Assembly (NCBI RefSeq): GCF_000014265.1
Contig: NC_008312.1
Span: 7,080,001-7,112,000, forward strand
Source of the DNA: Trichodesmium erythraeum IMS101
GTDB lineage: Bacteria > Cyanobacteriota > Cyanobacteriia > Cyanobacteriales > Microcoleaceae
Reading direction: 5' to 3'
Length of the DNA stretch: 32,000 nucleotides
Shown here: one piece after another, positions 9,972 to 18,412 of the stretch
Numbering within the stretch: position 1 is the stretch's first letter
How the letters are laid out: each line of letters begins with the position of its first letter
Program-made: the position numbers and the translations under genes
Notes under the pieces: generated by a model
Told to the model about the DNA's origin: nothing
Databases searched by the model: none
What the model saw: the letters and a program-made list of their open reading frames with translations, nothing else

Positions 9972-11165
9972 TCAACTTTTCAATGCTGATACAATGCGGC
10001 CACTTGCCATTCTTGCCCCCGATAGGTTTCTGGCGACAGGCCCTACTTGCAAAGCAGCTAGCCCACCCATAATAAATAGTTCGCAACCAGACCAGCGCAA
10101 ATATTCATCTAATACTGGTAAACCATTCACTATTTCTAGTGGGTGGGTATGCAAAATTTCTTTTAAGATAGGTTGTTTTCTAACATCAAGTTTTGTACCT
10201 GTTGCTAACCAGATACGATGGTATTCTCTCATCATTCCATCATCACATTTTAATTGCCAGCGATCGCTGACAAACTCAGCACTTATTACTTGACATTCCT
10301 CAAAAATAGATAACTCATCTTGATGTTGGTAACGGCGTAACTTAGTCATTACTGCTGGTGTCATAGAACCGCCATCTCGTGCTTCTTGAATTAACTGCCA
10401 TCGTTTTTGCCAGTCAGTTTCGGCGCTAAAACCTTTTAAATATTTTGGACCTAACCAACCGGGTTCCGCATCAAATAATTTCTCTTTGAGGTGACGTCTG
10501 ACCATCAAGGTTACATTTGCGCCTCGTTTTAAGGCTCCTAATGCTAAGTGACCGCTAGTTAAGCCCCCACCGATAATTAGCACTTTTTCACCTCTGAGTC
10601 GCAAGCCTCGCAGGTCTACTTGGTGGGAGTGACAAAGGCATTGGTTTGGATAGGGAGTAGGAGTTTTTTTCGCCCATTCTGGAAGTTGAGGTTTTCCCCC
10701 ACCATTGGCCATAATTACTTGACCAGCTATGGTTGAGTTGCCATCATCTAATTCAACTCGAAACTGAGGGTTCCCTCGGTAGGTTATGGGAACAATGTTT
10801 GTCACTGATGCTTTGTATACTTTGTCTTCTAACTGCCAGCGACTAACTACATCTTGGGAAAATTCTTGAAATAGTTTTGTTCCAGGTAAGTCGTAGGGGG
10901 GGAATAGTTCGTTTGGGCGATTTTCTGCAAACCGACGCAGGGAATAGGGATCTGGGTCTGGATGGTGAACGGCGGGGGATCGCAAGTGGGGTATTTCTTG
11001 GGCTGCAAACTGCTGTCGCCACTGACTCATCCAAGTGGCACTGGGGTCAAATACTATTATTTTATGGTGATACTTTTTCCGTTTTTGCAACAGATGAGTT
11101 ACCAAAGTTAGGGCATGGGGTCCCGCACCTACAATGGCCATCTTGGTTTGTATTGGTAAGGACAT
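9972..11165 (-). CDS. FAD/NAD(P)-binding oxidoreductase (two-dinucleotide-fold, N-hydroxylating monooxygenase-like)
   Basis: It has IVGAGPHALT (GxGxxG, FAD) near the N-terminus and a second VLIIGGGLTSGHLALG (NAD(P)H) fold. The track ORF begins at a TTG (11180). The first ATG is 11165, and ATG 11141 (MAIVGAG) is also possible. Confidence 0.7.
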   Translation of the reverse strand: MSLPIQTKMAIVGAGPHALTLVTHLLQKRKKYHHKIIVFDPSATWMSQWRQQFAAQEIPHLRSPAVHHPDPDPYSLRRFAENRPNELFPPYDLPGTKLFQEFSQDVVSRWQLEDKVYKASVTNIVPITYRGNPQFRVELDDGNSTIAGQVIMANGGGKPQLPEWAKKTPTPYPNQCLCHSHQVDLRGLRLRGEKVLIIGGGLTSGHLALGALKRGANVTLMVRRHLKEKLFDAEPGWLGPKYLKGFSAETDWQKRWQLIQEARDGGSMTPAVMTKLRRYQHQDELSIFEECQVISAEFVSDRWQLKCDDGMMREYHRIWLATGTKLDVRKQPILKEILHTHPLEIVNGLPVLDEYLRWSGCELFIMGGLAALQVGPVARNLSGARMASGRIVSALKS

Positions 11166-11187
11166 ACAATTAAAAAACAATAATTTT

Positions 11188-11206
11188 AAGAATGATTATC
11201 ATTCTT
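11188..11206. promoter_or_regulatory. perfect 19-bp palindrome resembling a Fur/Zur operator, directly upstream of the oxidoreductase-GTPase-phosphoesterase operon
   Basis: The minus-strand reading is AAGAATGATAATCATTCTT, a 9-1-9 perfect palindrome. It matches GATAATGATAATCATTATC at 15/19 and TGATAAT-N-ATTATCA at 12/14. It lies 22 nt from ATG 11165. A TATAAT-like sequence lies just upstream on the minus strand. Confidence 0.6.
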
Positions 11207-11238
11207 TTTTTTATTAATTATATATATACCTGTAAGGA

Positions 11239-12598
11239 CTCGCAAAGTAGATTTTTTCCCTGGTTATACTGCGTCAACAGCTCACATTAGTTACAAATAA
11301 GTTGTAAGCTTTTTGATGCCTAGACTAAAAACTGTGATACACTCCCGACTTTGATACAAGCTACAAAGCCAGCTTTTCAGCGCCTCTACTATGTAGACAT
11401 AAACTGAACTAACAAGGAATGCCTTACCTCTCCAATTGATGCGTAAATAGGCTCAATTGAAACCTTTGTAGAATTAAAATTTGATTGGTGGTAGCAAATC
11501 TTTAATTAATAGTTTTGCTCTATTTTTGATGTTAATTGCAGCATTTAAGTCTCTACCAATTGATAAATTACAGTTAGGATATTGGTACTGTTTTTGAGCC
11601 AAAGTTTTATTGAATTTATCCCCACAGTTACTGCATTTAGTTGACGTTCTATGAGGTTTAATTTCTACAACTAACTGACCAGCTTTTTCGTCTTTGTTAG
11701 TTAAAATAGTCTGGAAATTTCTCTATCCTGCATCATCATATATAGACTTAGCTAATCTAGATTTAGCCATATCTTTTATATTTAGCTTTTCTACTGCAAT
11801 AATGTCATATTTATATGACAAATTATTAGCAGTTTTCAAGGGTAAATATTTTCCGGTATGAGCTAGTTTTCTATGTTTGTTAGCTAAATGTTTAATTGAC
11901 TTTTGTCTACGTTTATAACCTTTCTTTCTTCTAGATACTTTCTTTTGTGCTAGCTTGAGTTTTCCTTCAGACTTTATCAAGTATTTAGGAGCTGCAACTG
12001 ATTCATTATTATAAATAACAAAAAAAAATTATAAGACCAACATCTACAGCTTATTTCTCAAATATTTTGCTAGTTTTTTTTGACGCTATAAGACTATAAA
12101 CATTTTTATTAATTAAATTACTAATTACGTTAATATCTATTATATTTACTATTTATACCTAGAGCTAAATAATGTTGTAATTATTGATATTTAAAACCTT
12201 TTCATCTAAAATTTTAGTCAATTGATTCTGGGTTTTTTTATCAACTTTATAAGGAAAAATATTTCTGTAAATTGCATTGTTAATACATATTTAAAAAAAT
12301 AACAATATAAGTAAATAATAAAGTCATTAATGTTTCATATATAGAGGGTATATATATTCAATATATATATACTGATTAATGAAGAAAAAAAATTTTTATA
12401 TATATATTATTAACTAGAGAAAGCAAATCAATTAGGAATAACACTAGCTTTTACTATCAAAAAGGCAATGAATTGGACATTATATGGCCAACAATTAGCC
12501 AAAAACACTGTAATACTTTCTCTGTCAAGGTCATAGACTATTTGCTGTTAATGTGAGCCGTCTGGGCAGTATGATCCAGGAAAAATTCTGTTTGCGAG
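11239..12598 (-). mobile_element. decayed TnpB-only insertion sequence (IS200/IS605-family, IS891/IS1341-like size, ~1.36 kb) bounded by ~50-bp imperfect inverted repeats
   Basis: 11239-11289 reads CTCGCAAAGTAGATTTTTTCCCTGGTTATACTGCGTCAACAGCTCACATTA. The reverse complement of 12549-12598 reads CTCGCAAACAGAATTTTTCCTGGATCATACTGCCCAGACGGCTCACATTA, about 75 percent identity. tnpB relics lie between them. The interior 12050-12420 is AT-rich low-complexity sequence including (TA)n. Confidence 0.55.
11474..12050 (-). pseudogene. tnpB: tnpB (OrfB, RuvC-like RNA-guided nuclease family) relic
   Basis: The minus-strand pieces in order are AVDVGL (RuvC-I, 12033-12050), a frameshift, then VAAPKYLIKSEGKLKLAQKKVSRRKKGYKRRQK...DIIAVEKLNIKDMAKSRLAKSIYDDAG. 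A TAG replaces the expected Trp. It continues NFQTIL...HRTSTKCSNCG...NCNLSIGRDLNAAINIKNRAK to stop 11474-11476. Weak N-terminal traces reach about 12560. Confidence 0.8.
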
Positions 12599-13355
12599 CT
12601 GGCGCAAATAATCTGAGTTTGTTTGTATATTGTTTTAAGTAAGTAATTTTTTTTATCATATAGTTATAAATAAGTCAAACAATTATAAGGATAACTTAGA
12701 AAAATTAGTTCACCATCGTTAAATCAACATGAGGAGATCCCCTGCCTAAACAACGAAATAGTTATTGTTGAGGCTTGAAAATCTTTTTAGGTACTAAACT
12801 CCATTACTTGAGAGTACAAAGTTCTCGTAAAAAACTATTGGCTTTAAAGGCTAAAAGTATTATTGGAATTTGCTTACAGCATTTATCGTTTTTTGAGAAA
12901 GTTTCTAACCTTGAGATAGCTATAAGTCTTAGCTAGCAATAGCTCTTTCTCGAAATTCCCACTTTCTAGTCCATTATTTCCTTCATTTATATAGCCATAG
13001 AAAAGTCGAAACTGTTGAAATTCTGTGACCTATTTTAGGAATTTTTTGCCTTTTTTTGTCAGAGATTGATGACAAAGTAAAAAAAGAATTAAACTAGAAG
13101 TAAAAATTAATAGTTAAAACCTTTAATTTTGGCGATCGCTGAAATAATGAATGAAGATTAAATTAAATACAGAAAAAATATGAGATTCTATCTGTCCTAA
13201 CCCATGACTCCTGACTCATTAATAATGACTCCTGACTAATAGCTAGACTTATCTAACTTTTTAGATAACAGATGGTATTATTTACACACCCGAGATGTTT
13301 TTTTGTCTGTCCACGATAAAAATCACTCAATAATAATATCTGCCTGTTCATCTGA

Positions 13356-14504
13356 ATGCATATTGCTTGGCTTGGAAAAAAATATCCTTTTTGTGGCAAC
13401 GTTACCTACTCTAGAGAAATAACTAATGCTCTCTTAGATAGAGGTTATCAGGTAAGCTTCCTTCACTTTGCCACTGATGATGCTGACCTGGAAAAATGGC
13501 CTGTATGTGAAGAAGTACATCTACCTTGTATCTACAAGTCTCAAGGTTATACGATACCAAGTTTTAAATCTAGCAAAGTCTTAAGTCAGGCTCTACAAAA
13601 ACTTAAGCCCGATATTGTTCATGCATCTCTGACCCTCTCTCCTTTGGATTTTTTGTTACCCGAAATTTGTGAGGAATTGAATATTCCTTTAGTAGCTACT
13701 TTTCATGCCCAATTTGATAGTAAACCACGGAATATTAAATCTGGAACCCAATTTTTGGCCTATCAACTCTATGCTCCTTTTCTGGCAAATTATGACCGAG
13801 TAATTATTTTTTCAGAAATACAGAAAGATTTACTAATAAAATTGGGGGTTCCGCGCAAAAAGGTTGCAGTTATTCCTAATGGGGTAAATATAGATAAGTA
13901 TTCTCCTGGTGTCTCTAGTCTAAAAACTAAGTTAAATGCTAGCCTGATATTTCTATATTTGGGCCGTATATCTACAGCTAAAAATATTGAATCTCTGCTC
14001 AAAGCTTGGAAACATTCCGATATGGCTAATGATAGTTGTCTAGCGATCGTTGGAGATGGGCCATTAGCTCCTTCTCTACAAATGTTTTATGGAGATGTTA
14101 AAGGAGTTAGTTGGTTTGGGTATGTGAGTGATGAGCAACGACGAATAGAAATTTTGCGTGGTGCTGATGTATTTATTTTACCTTCTCTAGTGGAGGGTTT
14201 ATCTTTGGCTTTACTGGAGGCAATGTCTTGTGGTTTAGCTTGTATAGCTACAGACGCAGGTGCTGATGGTGAGGTTTTGGAAAAAGGGGCTGGTATAATT
14301 TTGAATACTCATAATGTTACTAGCCAATTACAAACTTTATTTCCTTTATTTAGGGATCATCCTGAGTTAAATATTCTTTTGGGGCAAAAAGCTCGCCAAA
14401 GGGTTTTGGAGCGTTATACTCTGAGTCGAAATATTACTCAATTGGAAATGCTTTATAATGAAGTTTTGCAAGAAAGAAATTTGGAATTGAAAAGTTTAAT
14501 TTAA
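13356..14504 (+). CDS. glycosyltransferase, GT4 family (GT-B fold, group 1)
   Basis: 382 aa. The C-terminal E-x7-E region LPSLVEGLSLALLEAMSCGLACIATDAGADGEV is typical of retaining GT4 enzymes. Confidence 0.8.
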   Translation: MHIAWLGKKYPFCGNVTYSREITNALLDRGYQVSFLHFATDDADLEKWPVCEEVHLPCIYKSQGYTIPSFKSSKVLSQALQKLKPDIVHASLTLSPLDFLLPEICEELNIPLVATFHAQFDSKPRNIKSGTQFLAYQLYAPFLANYDRVIIFSEIQKDLLIKLGVPRKKVAVIPNGVNIDKYSPGVSSLKTKLNASLIFLYLGRISTAKNIESLLKAWKHSDMANDSCLAIVGDGPLAPSLQMFYGDVKGVSWFGYVSDEQRRIEILRGADVFILPSLVEGLSLALLEAMSCGLACIATDAGADGEVLEKGAGIILNTHNVTSQLQTLFPLFRDHPELNILLGQKARQRVLERYTLSRNITQLEMLYNEVLQERNLELKSLI

Positions 14505-14759
14505 TGATGTGTAATAGTAAAATTTTTTGGGAAAACAAACAAACAAAAGTGTTATCTAACAAGCAACAGTGGAATATTTGATTAGTAGTAAATAAGTAGG
14601 TCTAATTCAATGTTTTAAGTGTTGAAAAAACTACAGGTGAGAGTTTAATTAAAGACTTAACATAAGTAAAATGTAGTCTGTTAAACTCGCAATAACCTCG
14701 TAACATTGACTTATGGGCAACTACTGAGCAAGTAAGTCGGTGTTGAAATTTTTCCCTCT

Positions 14760-14927
14760 TGGCAACTATGGCTTGCTAAAGATCGATTTGAAGAGCATCG
14801 TCTTCCTAGGTATTTGCCTCAAAAAAACTTAACCCCTGAAAAGATGGCATTATCAATGTTGAGACTTTTACTTGATATTATAACTCCTGCTAAAACTACC
14901 AAACCTCTTGAAAAATCGACTGATTAG
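14760..14927 (+). pseudogene. C-terminal relic of an IS701/IS4-like DDE transposase
   Basis: It translates WQLWLAKDRFEEHRLPRYLPQKNLTPEKMALSMLRLLLDIITPAKTTKPLEKSTD*. A lysine-rich continuation (KKVKKTKKYKKTVIL*SKKTKKYHQKKPK) runs to about 15025. This resembles the conserved tail ...LWLA...PWE.YLP...IGTPA..PKPRGKSPG..KG... of cyanobacterial IS701-like transposases. No upstream catalytic domain is present. Confidence 0.4.
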
Positions 14928-15212
14928 AAAAAAGTTAAAAAAACTAAGAAGTACAAAAAAACCGTGATTTTGTAGTCAAAAAAAACGAAAAAATATCACC
15001 AAAAAAAGCCGAAAATCAGATAACATAGACTCAATTTTTGGTTAATTACCTTCTTTTTTCACAAAAAAATATTCAGAAATTTTGTCTTAACTCCAGTGAG
15101 TAAGTCGCTCAAACCAATTCTTAAAGTATGGAACAAAAAAATCTCGTCTTTTCTCATCTAATTTGAGTATTAGCGTCTTTTATTCTGTCCTCATGAGAAA
15201 TTTTAATATTAA

Positions 15213-15330
15213 CAGGACTTATGGAGACAGATCGAAATATACACCGTCTGTAGGGGTTAAACGTTCTTACACCCTATAAAGGCATTTTACCTTTAACCCC
15301 CCTAGATATAGTATTTCTGTATAAGTCCTG
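15213..15330. repeat. 118-bp long imperfect hairpin (nested inverted repeats), MITE-like or structured RNA
   Basis: The outer arms are CAGGACTTAT / ATAAGTCCTG. The middle arms are GGAGACAG / CTGT. The inner arms are GGGGTTAAA (15253-15261) / TTTAACCCC (15292-15300). It carries the CTGTAGGGGTT motif also seen at 17555 and 22603. Confidence 0.45.
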
Positions 15331-15388
15331 AATAAGCAACTTTTACTTATTGTCGCTTAACTTGGGTTCATCACTTAACTTAAAAAAA

Positions 15389-16027
15389 CTAATGGAAATT
15401 ATGACTATGTTTAATTAAACTCATAAATTCTTGACGAGTTTTCACGTCATCAGCAAAAACACCACGCATAGCGCTAGTAGTTGTCCAAGAACCAGTTTTT
15501 TGTACTCCACGCATGACCATACACATATGAGTTGCTTCAACAACTACAGCAACACCTAAAGGTCTAAGTAACCCTTGAAGTGCATCAGCTATTTGTGCTG
15601 TTAGACGCTCTTGAACTTGTAAACGTCGGGCATACATTTCACAAATTCGAGCAATTTTTGATAGCCCAATAACTTTTCCATTGGGAATATATGCTACATG
15701 AGCGCGACCAATAATAGGGAGAATATGATGCTCGCAAGAGCTAAAAAGATCGATATCTCGAACTAAAACCATCTCTGAGGTATCTTCACTAAAAACAGCT
15801 CCATTGAGCAGTTCATCTAGAGATTGATTATAACCTGAAGTGAGAAATTTTAGTGCTTTTACCACTCGTTTAGGAGTATCTAATAACCCTTCTCGATCTG
15901 GGTTTTCTCCTAGTCCTATTAATAAAGTTCTTACCGCTTGCACCATTTCAGCTTCTGTAACCGAAGTCTGATATTTCGTTTTCAAGTCATTGGGAGAAAC
16001 AAAATCTGGAACTGTTGGTAAATTCAT
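15389..16027 (-). CDS. folE: GTP cyclohydrolase I (type IA, Zn ligands retained)
   Basis: 212 aa. The blocks [39 protein letters not shown] and [10 protein letters not shown] are canonical FolE with the Cys/His/Cys Zn site. Confidence 0.9.
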   Translation of the reverse strand: MNLPTVPDFVSPNDLKTKYQTSVTEAEMVQAVRTLLIGLGENPDREGLLDTPKRVVKALKFLTSGYNQSLDELLNGAVFSEDTSEMVLVRDIDLFSSCEHHILPIIGRAHVAYIPNGKVIGLSKIARICEMYARRLQVQERLTAQIADALQGLLRPLGVAVVVEATHMCMVMRGVQKTGSWTTTSAMRGVFADDVKTRQEFMSLIKHSHNFH

Positions 16028-16146
16028 AGTTGAAAGGCTTTAAGCTTAATGTTTTGTTGAACGGTTTGACAGATATTTTCCCTCATAAAGTTTAGATGAA
16101 CTATAAGGACTATTATCTGTGTTTATGAATAGCCAATATTAATTTA

Positions 16147-17130
16147 TCACATAGTTAGACAATTTGTTAAGTTTTGTTGAATTATTAATGGATCCAAATT
16201 TCGCCCAATTAATACTAGCTGATTTGTCGGAGTGGTTGACCATTCATCTATTTCCATCTCATAGCGCTTACCACTCAATTGAAATATATGTTTTGATTCA
16301 CTTTCTTGGAACCAAAGAATTCCTTTGGCTCTAAATACATTATCTGGCAATTCCTCTATAAAATTATGTTGGAATTTCAGGGCAGAAAAAGGTCTTGTAC
16401 TTTGGAATGAAACAGACATAAAACCATCATTTATCAGATGATCTTTAGGATTTTTTTGTAGTTTTGAGTGATCGTTATTGTCCTCTAGAGAATAAGGCTG
16501 AAGCCTTGATATATTTACATCTAAAATTAAGTATGATGGTATATTACTGTGCTCACTTCTTAAAATCCTAGCTCCACTTCTTATAGTTTTAATATAAGAG
16601 TCTAAATAATCTACTTTATCTTGGGAGGCTAAATCTATTTTATTGAGTATAATAATATCCCCATAAGCAATCTGTTTAAAAGCTGCTTCACTATCGAAAT
16701 GGTCTGGTGTAAAATTTTCACAATCCACTAAAGTCAGTACAGAATCTAAGTGAGTTAAATCTTTTAAATCTGTACTCAAAAAAGTTAAAATAATTGGCAA
16801 AGGATCTGCTACACCAGTAGTTTCTATAATTAAATAATCTATTTTTTTATCGCTTTCTAAAACTTGATATACTGCATCTACTAATCCTTCATTGATAGTA
16901 CAACAAATACAACCATTACTAAGTTCTATCATATTATCGTTCATATCTGTTAATAACTGGGTATCTATATTAAGATCCCCAAATTCATTAACTAATACTG
17001 CGACTTTTAAATCCTGCTTATTCTGCAAAATTTGATTTATCAGGGTTGTTTTACCACTACCTAAAAATCCGGTAATAATAGTAACTGGCATCCCTCTTTT
17101 AGGAATATTTAATTCTAGTGAATTATTCAT
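16147..17130 (-). CDS. COG0523/CobW-family G3E GTPase (putative Zn metallochaperone class)
   Basis: 327 aa. It has GFLGSGKTT (Walker A), the GCICCT CxCC metal motif, ETTGVADP, NKIDL, and the CobW_C block RAKGILWF. It lies 119 nt upstream of folE on the same strand. Confidence 0.85.
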   Translation of the reverse strand: MNNSLELNIPKRGMPVTIITGFLGSGKTTLINQILQNKQDLKVAVLVNEFGDLNIDTQLLTDMNDNMIELSNGCICCTINEGLVDAVYQVLESDKKIDYLIIETTGVADPLPIILTFLSTDLKDLTHLDSVLTLVDCENFTPDHFDSEAAFKQIAYGDIIILNKIDLASQDKVDYLDSYIKTIRSGARILRSEHSNIPSYLILDVNISRLQPYSLEDNNDHSKLQKNPKDHLINDGFMSVSFQSTRPFSALKFQHNFIEELPDNVFRAKGILWFQESESKHIFQLSGKRYEMEIDEWSTTPTNQLVLIGRNLDPLIIQQNLTNCLTM

Positions 17131-17141
17131 TACTGCTAAAT

Positions 17142-17237
17142 TTATTTACGAGGGTAGCTACTCAAACAAAAACCTTGTTTATCATGAATAATACGATTGA
17201 GTAAGGTGGTTTTGTCACTAACAAGAAAACCTGTCAT
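17142..17237 (-). pseudogene. N-terminal relic of a further COG0523 GTPase gene in the leader of the intact one
   Basis: A 31-codon ORF reads MTGFLVSDKTTLLNRIIHDKQGFCLSSYPRK*. GFLVSDKTTLLNRI is a mutated GFLGSGKTTLLNRI Walker A region. It lies between the promoter (17361-17413) and ATG 17130. Confidence 0.55.
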
Positions 17238-17360
17238 AATAATTGTCAATTATCCTTATAGATGAGTTACTAACTAGCTAGGTAGAAAATTTATATTTAT
17301 AGTTTATTCAAGAGATTCTATTGGCTGATTTTCCTTAATTATGGCCATTAAGCCTATAAA

Positions 17361-17413
17361 TTATTGCAATAATTATTATCATAATCAAAATATTACATCT
17401 AGTCAATAGAGAT
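17361..17413 (-). promoter_or_regulatory. putative promoter of the COG0523-folE unit overlapped by Fur-family (Zur-like) boxes
   Basis: The minus strand reads TTGACT, a 17-nt spacer, then TATGAT (-10 at 17383-17378). The minus-strand TGATAATAATTATTG (17381-17367) matches TGATAAT-N-ATTATCA at 12/14. The plus-strand AATAATTATTATCATAATC matches the 19-mer Fur box at 15/19. A 36-bp core (17378-17413) is shared with 6353-6388. Confidence 0.6.
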
Positions 17414-17441
17414 TCTGGAAAATCTTCATTGAATAGTAATA

Positions 17442-17725
17442 AATCACTCAATCTAATTTTTGAATAACTGTTTGTTAAGCTATATACATATTAACCCTAA
17501 GAGATGATATTTGATTTTCAGAAAGATGGAACGCACTCCTAAGCACAAAAACTATTGTAGGGGCGTTCTATAGAACATCCCTACTAATGCCTACCTCAGT
17601 TAAGACTAAATATAAAGTTCGTTGTTTTATCAACTAAAAAATCGTGAAAAATTTTGCTATCTTAAGGATTATAGTTATTGGACTTGGAAGGATGAAATTA
17701 TTGCTCTGTCTTAGATTGAGTGATT
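17442..17725. repeat. 284-bp segment bounded by a perfect 15-bp inverted repeat (MITE-like)
   Basis: AATCACTCAATCTAA (17442-17456) and TTAGATTGAGTGATT (17711-17725) are exact reverse complements. The interior contains the hairpin GTAGGGGCGTTCTATAGAACATCCCTAC (about 17556-17583). Confidence 0.45.
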
Positions 17726-17892
17726 ATTTTATCTATTTAAGGATTACTGTATAGTATTTTCAAATTTTGACAAATACTCTTAAATATGCATCTCCGAGAT
17801 TTAGTAAAACTAGAGTATATATTTAAGTTATAGAGACTATATGTTTAAATATTAGGTATGTTCAAATATTACATTTTTCATACATAAGTCTA

Positions 17893-18228
17893 TTAATTCC
17901 AACGGTTTTCTGCCTGTTTCAATACATAGGCTGATACTGTTTGTATCTCTATTTCTGTTAAACGGTCTTTGTAAGCTGACATATTATTTTTCCCATTCTT
18001 AACTAAGTAAGCTATCGCCTCAACAGAATCTAATTTATTTCTTTTCAAAGTTCTTATTTTTAAGTTCTTCCACCATTTAACAATATTGCCTCCTTTGGCA
18101 TGACAACCTGCACAATGAATCTGAAAAACTTCTGCGCCTTGTGTTATTTCTGTTGCTAATACAGTGGGTATTTTAATAATGTTTATTAATATAAATATTA
18201 ACAAGCAAACTGTAATTATTTTTTTCAT
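17893..18228 (-). CDS. class I c-type cytochrome, cytochrome c6-like (c6B/c6C/PetJ2-type)
   Basis: 111 aa with an N-terminal signal or anchor. It has the heme motif CAGCH followed by GGNI, plus NGKNNMSAY (Met axial ligand) and VSAYVLKQAE. Confidence 0.75.
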   Translation of the reverse strand: MKKIITVCLLIFILINIIKIPTVLATEITQGAEVFQIHCAGCHAKGGNIVKWWKNLKIRTLKRNKLDSVEAIAYLVKNGKNNMSAYKDRLTEIEIQTVSAYVLKQAENRWN

Positions 18229-18412
18229 TTTTACCTTAATAAATTTAGACTAATTTCAGTAAGTAAGAGAAATAGTTTTAAGAATTTTATACAAACATAG
18301 GAATTATTACTATATATCTTGGTAGCAAACCTTACTCTCTACTTCCTACTCACATTAGCTAAAAACTGTTAAATTTATGACTATTAATAACCGAGGTTAA
18401 TCTAAATTTTGG

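Noticed and set aside
9958-10086. The 43-codon N-terminal extension of the GTPase ORF given in the track (MRTIYYGWASCF...).
   Set aside because: It overlaps the 3' end of the upstream oxidoreductase gene by 115 nt. ATG 9957 directly precedes the P-loop, leaves a 14-nt gap, and fits family length.
12300-12420. (TA)n and A-rich low-complexity tracts.
   Set aside because: These are interpreted as decay or slippage inside the dead IS element rather than a functional repeat.
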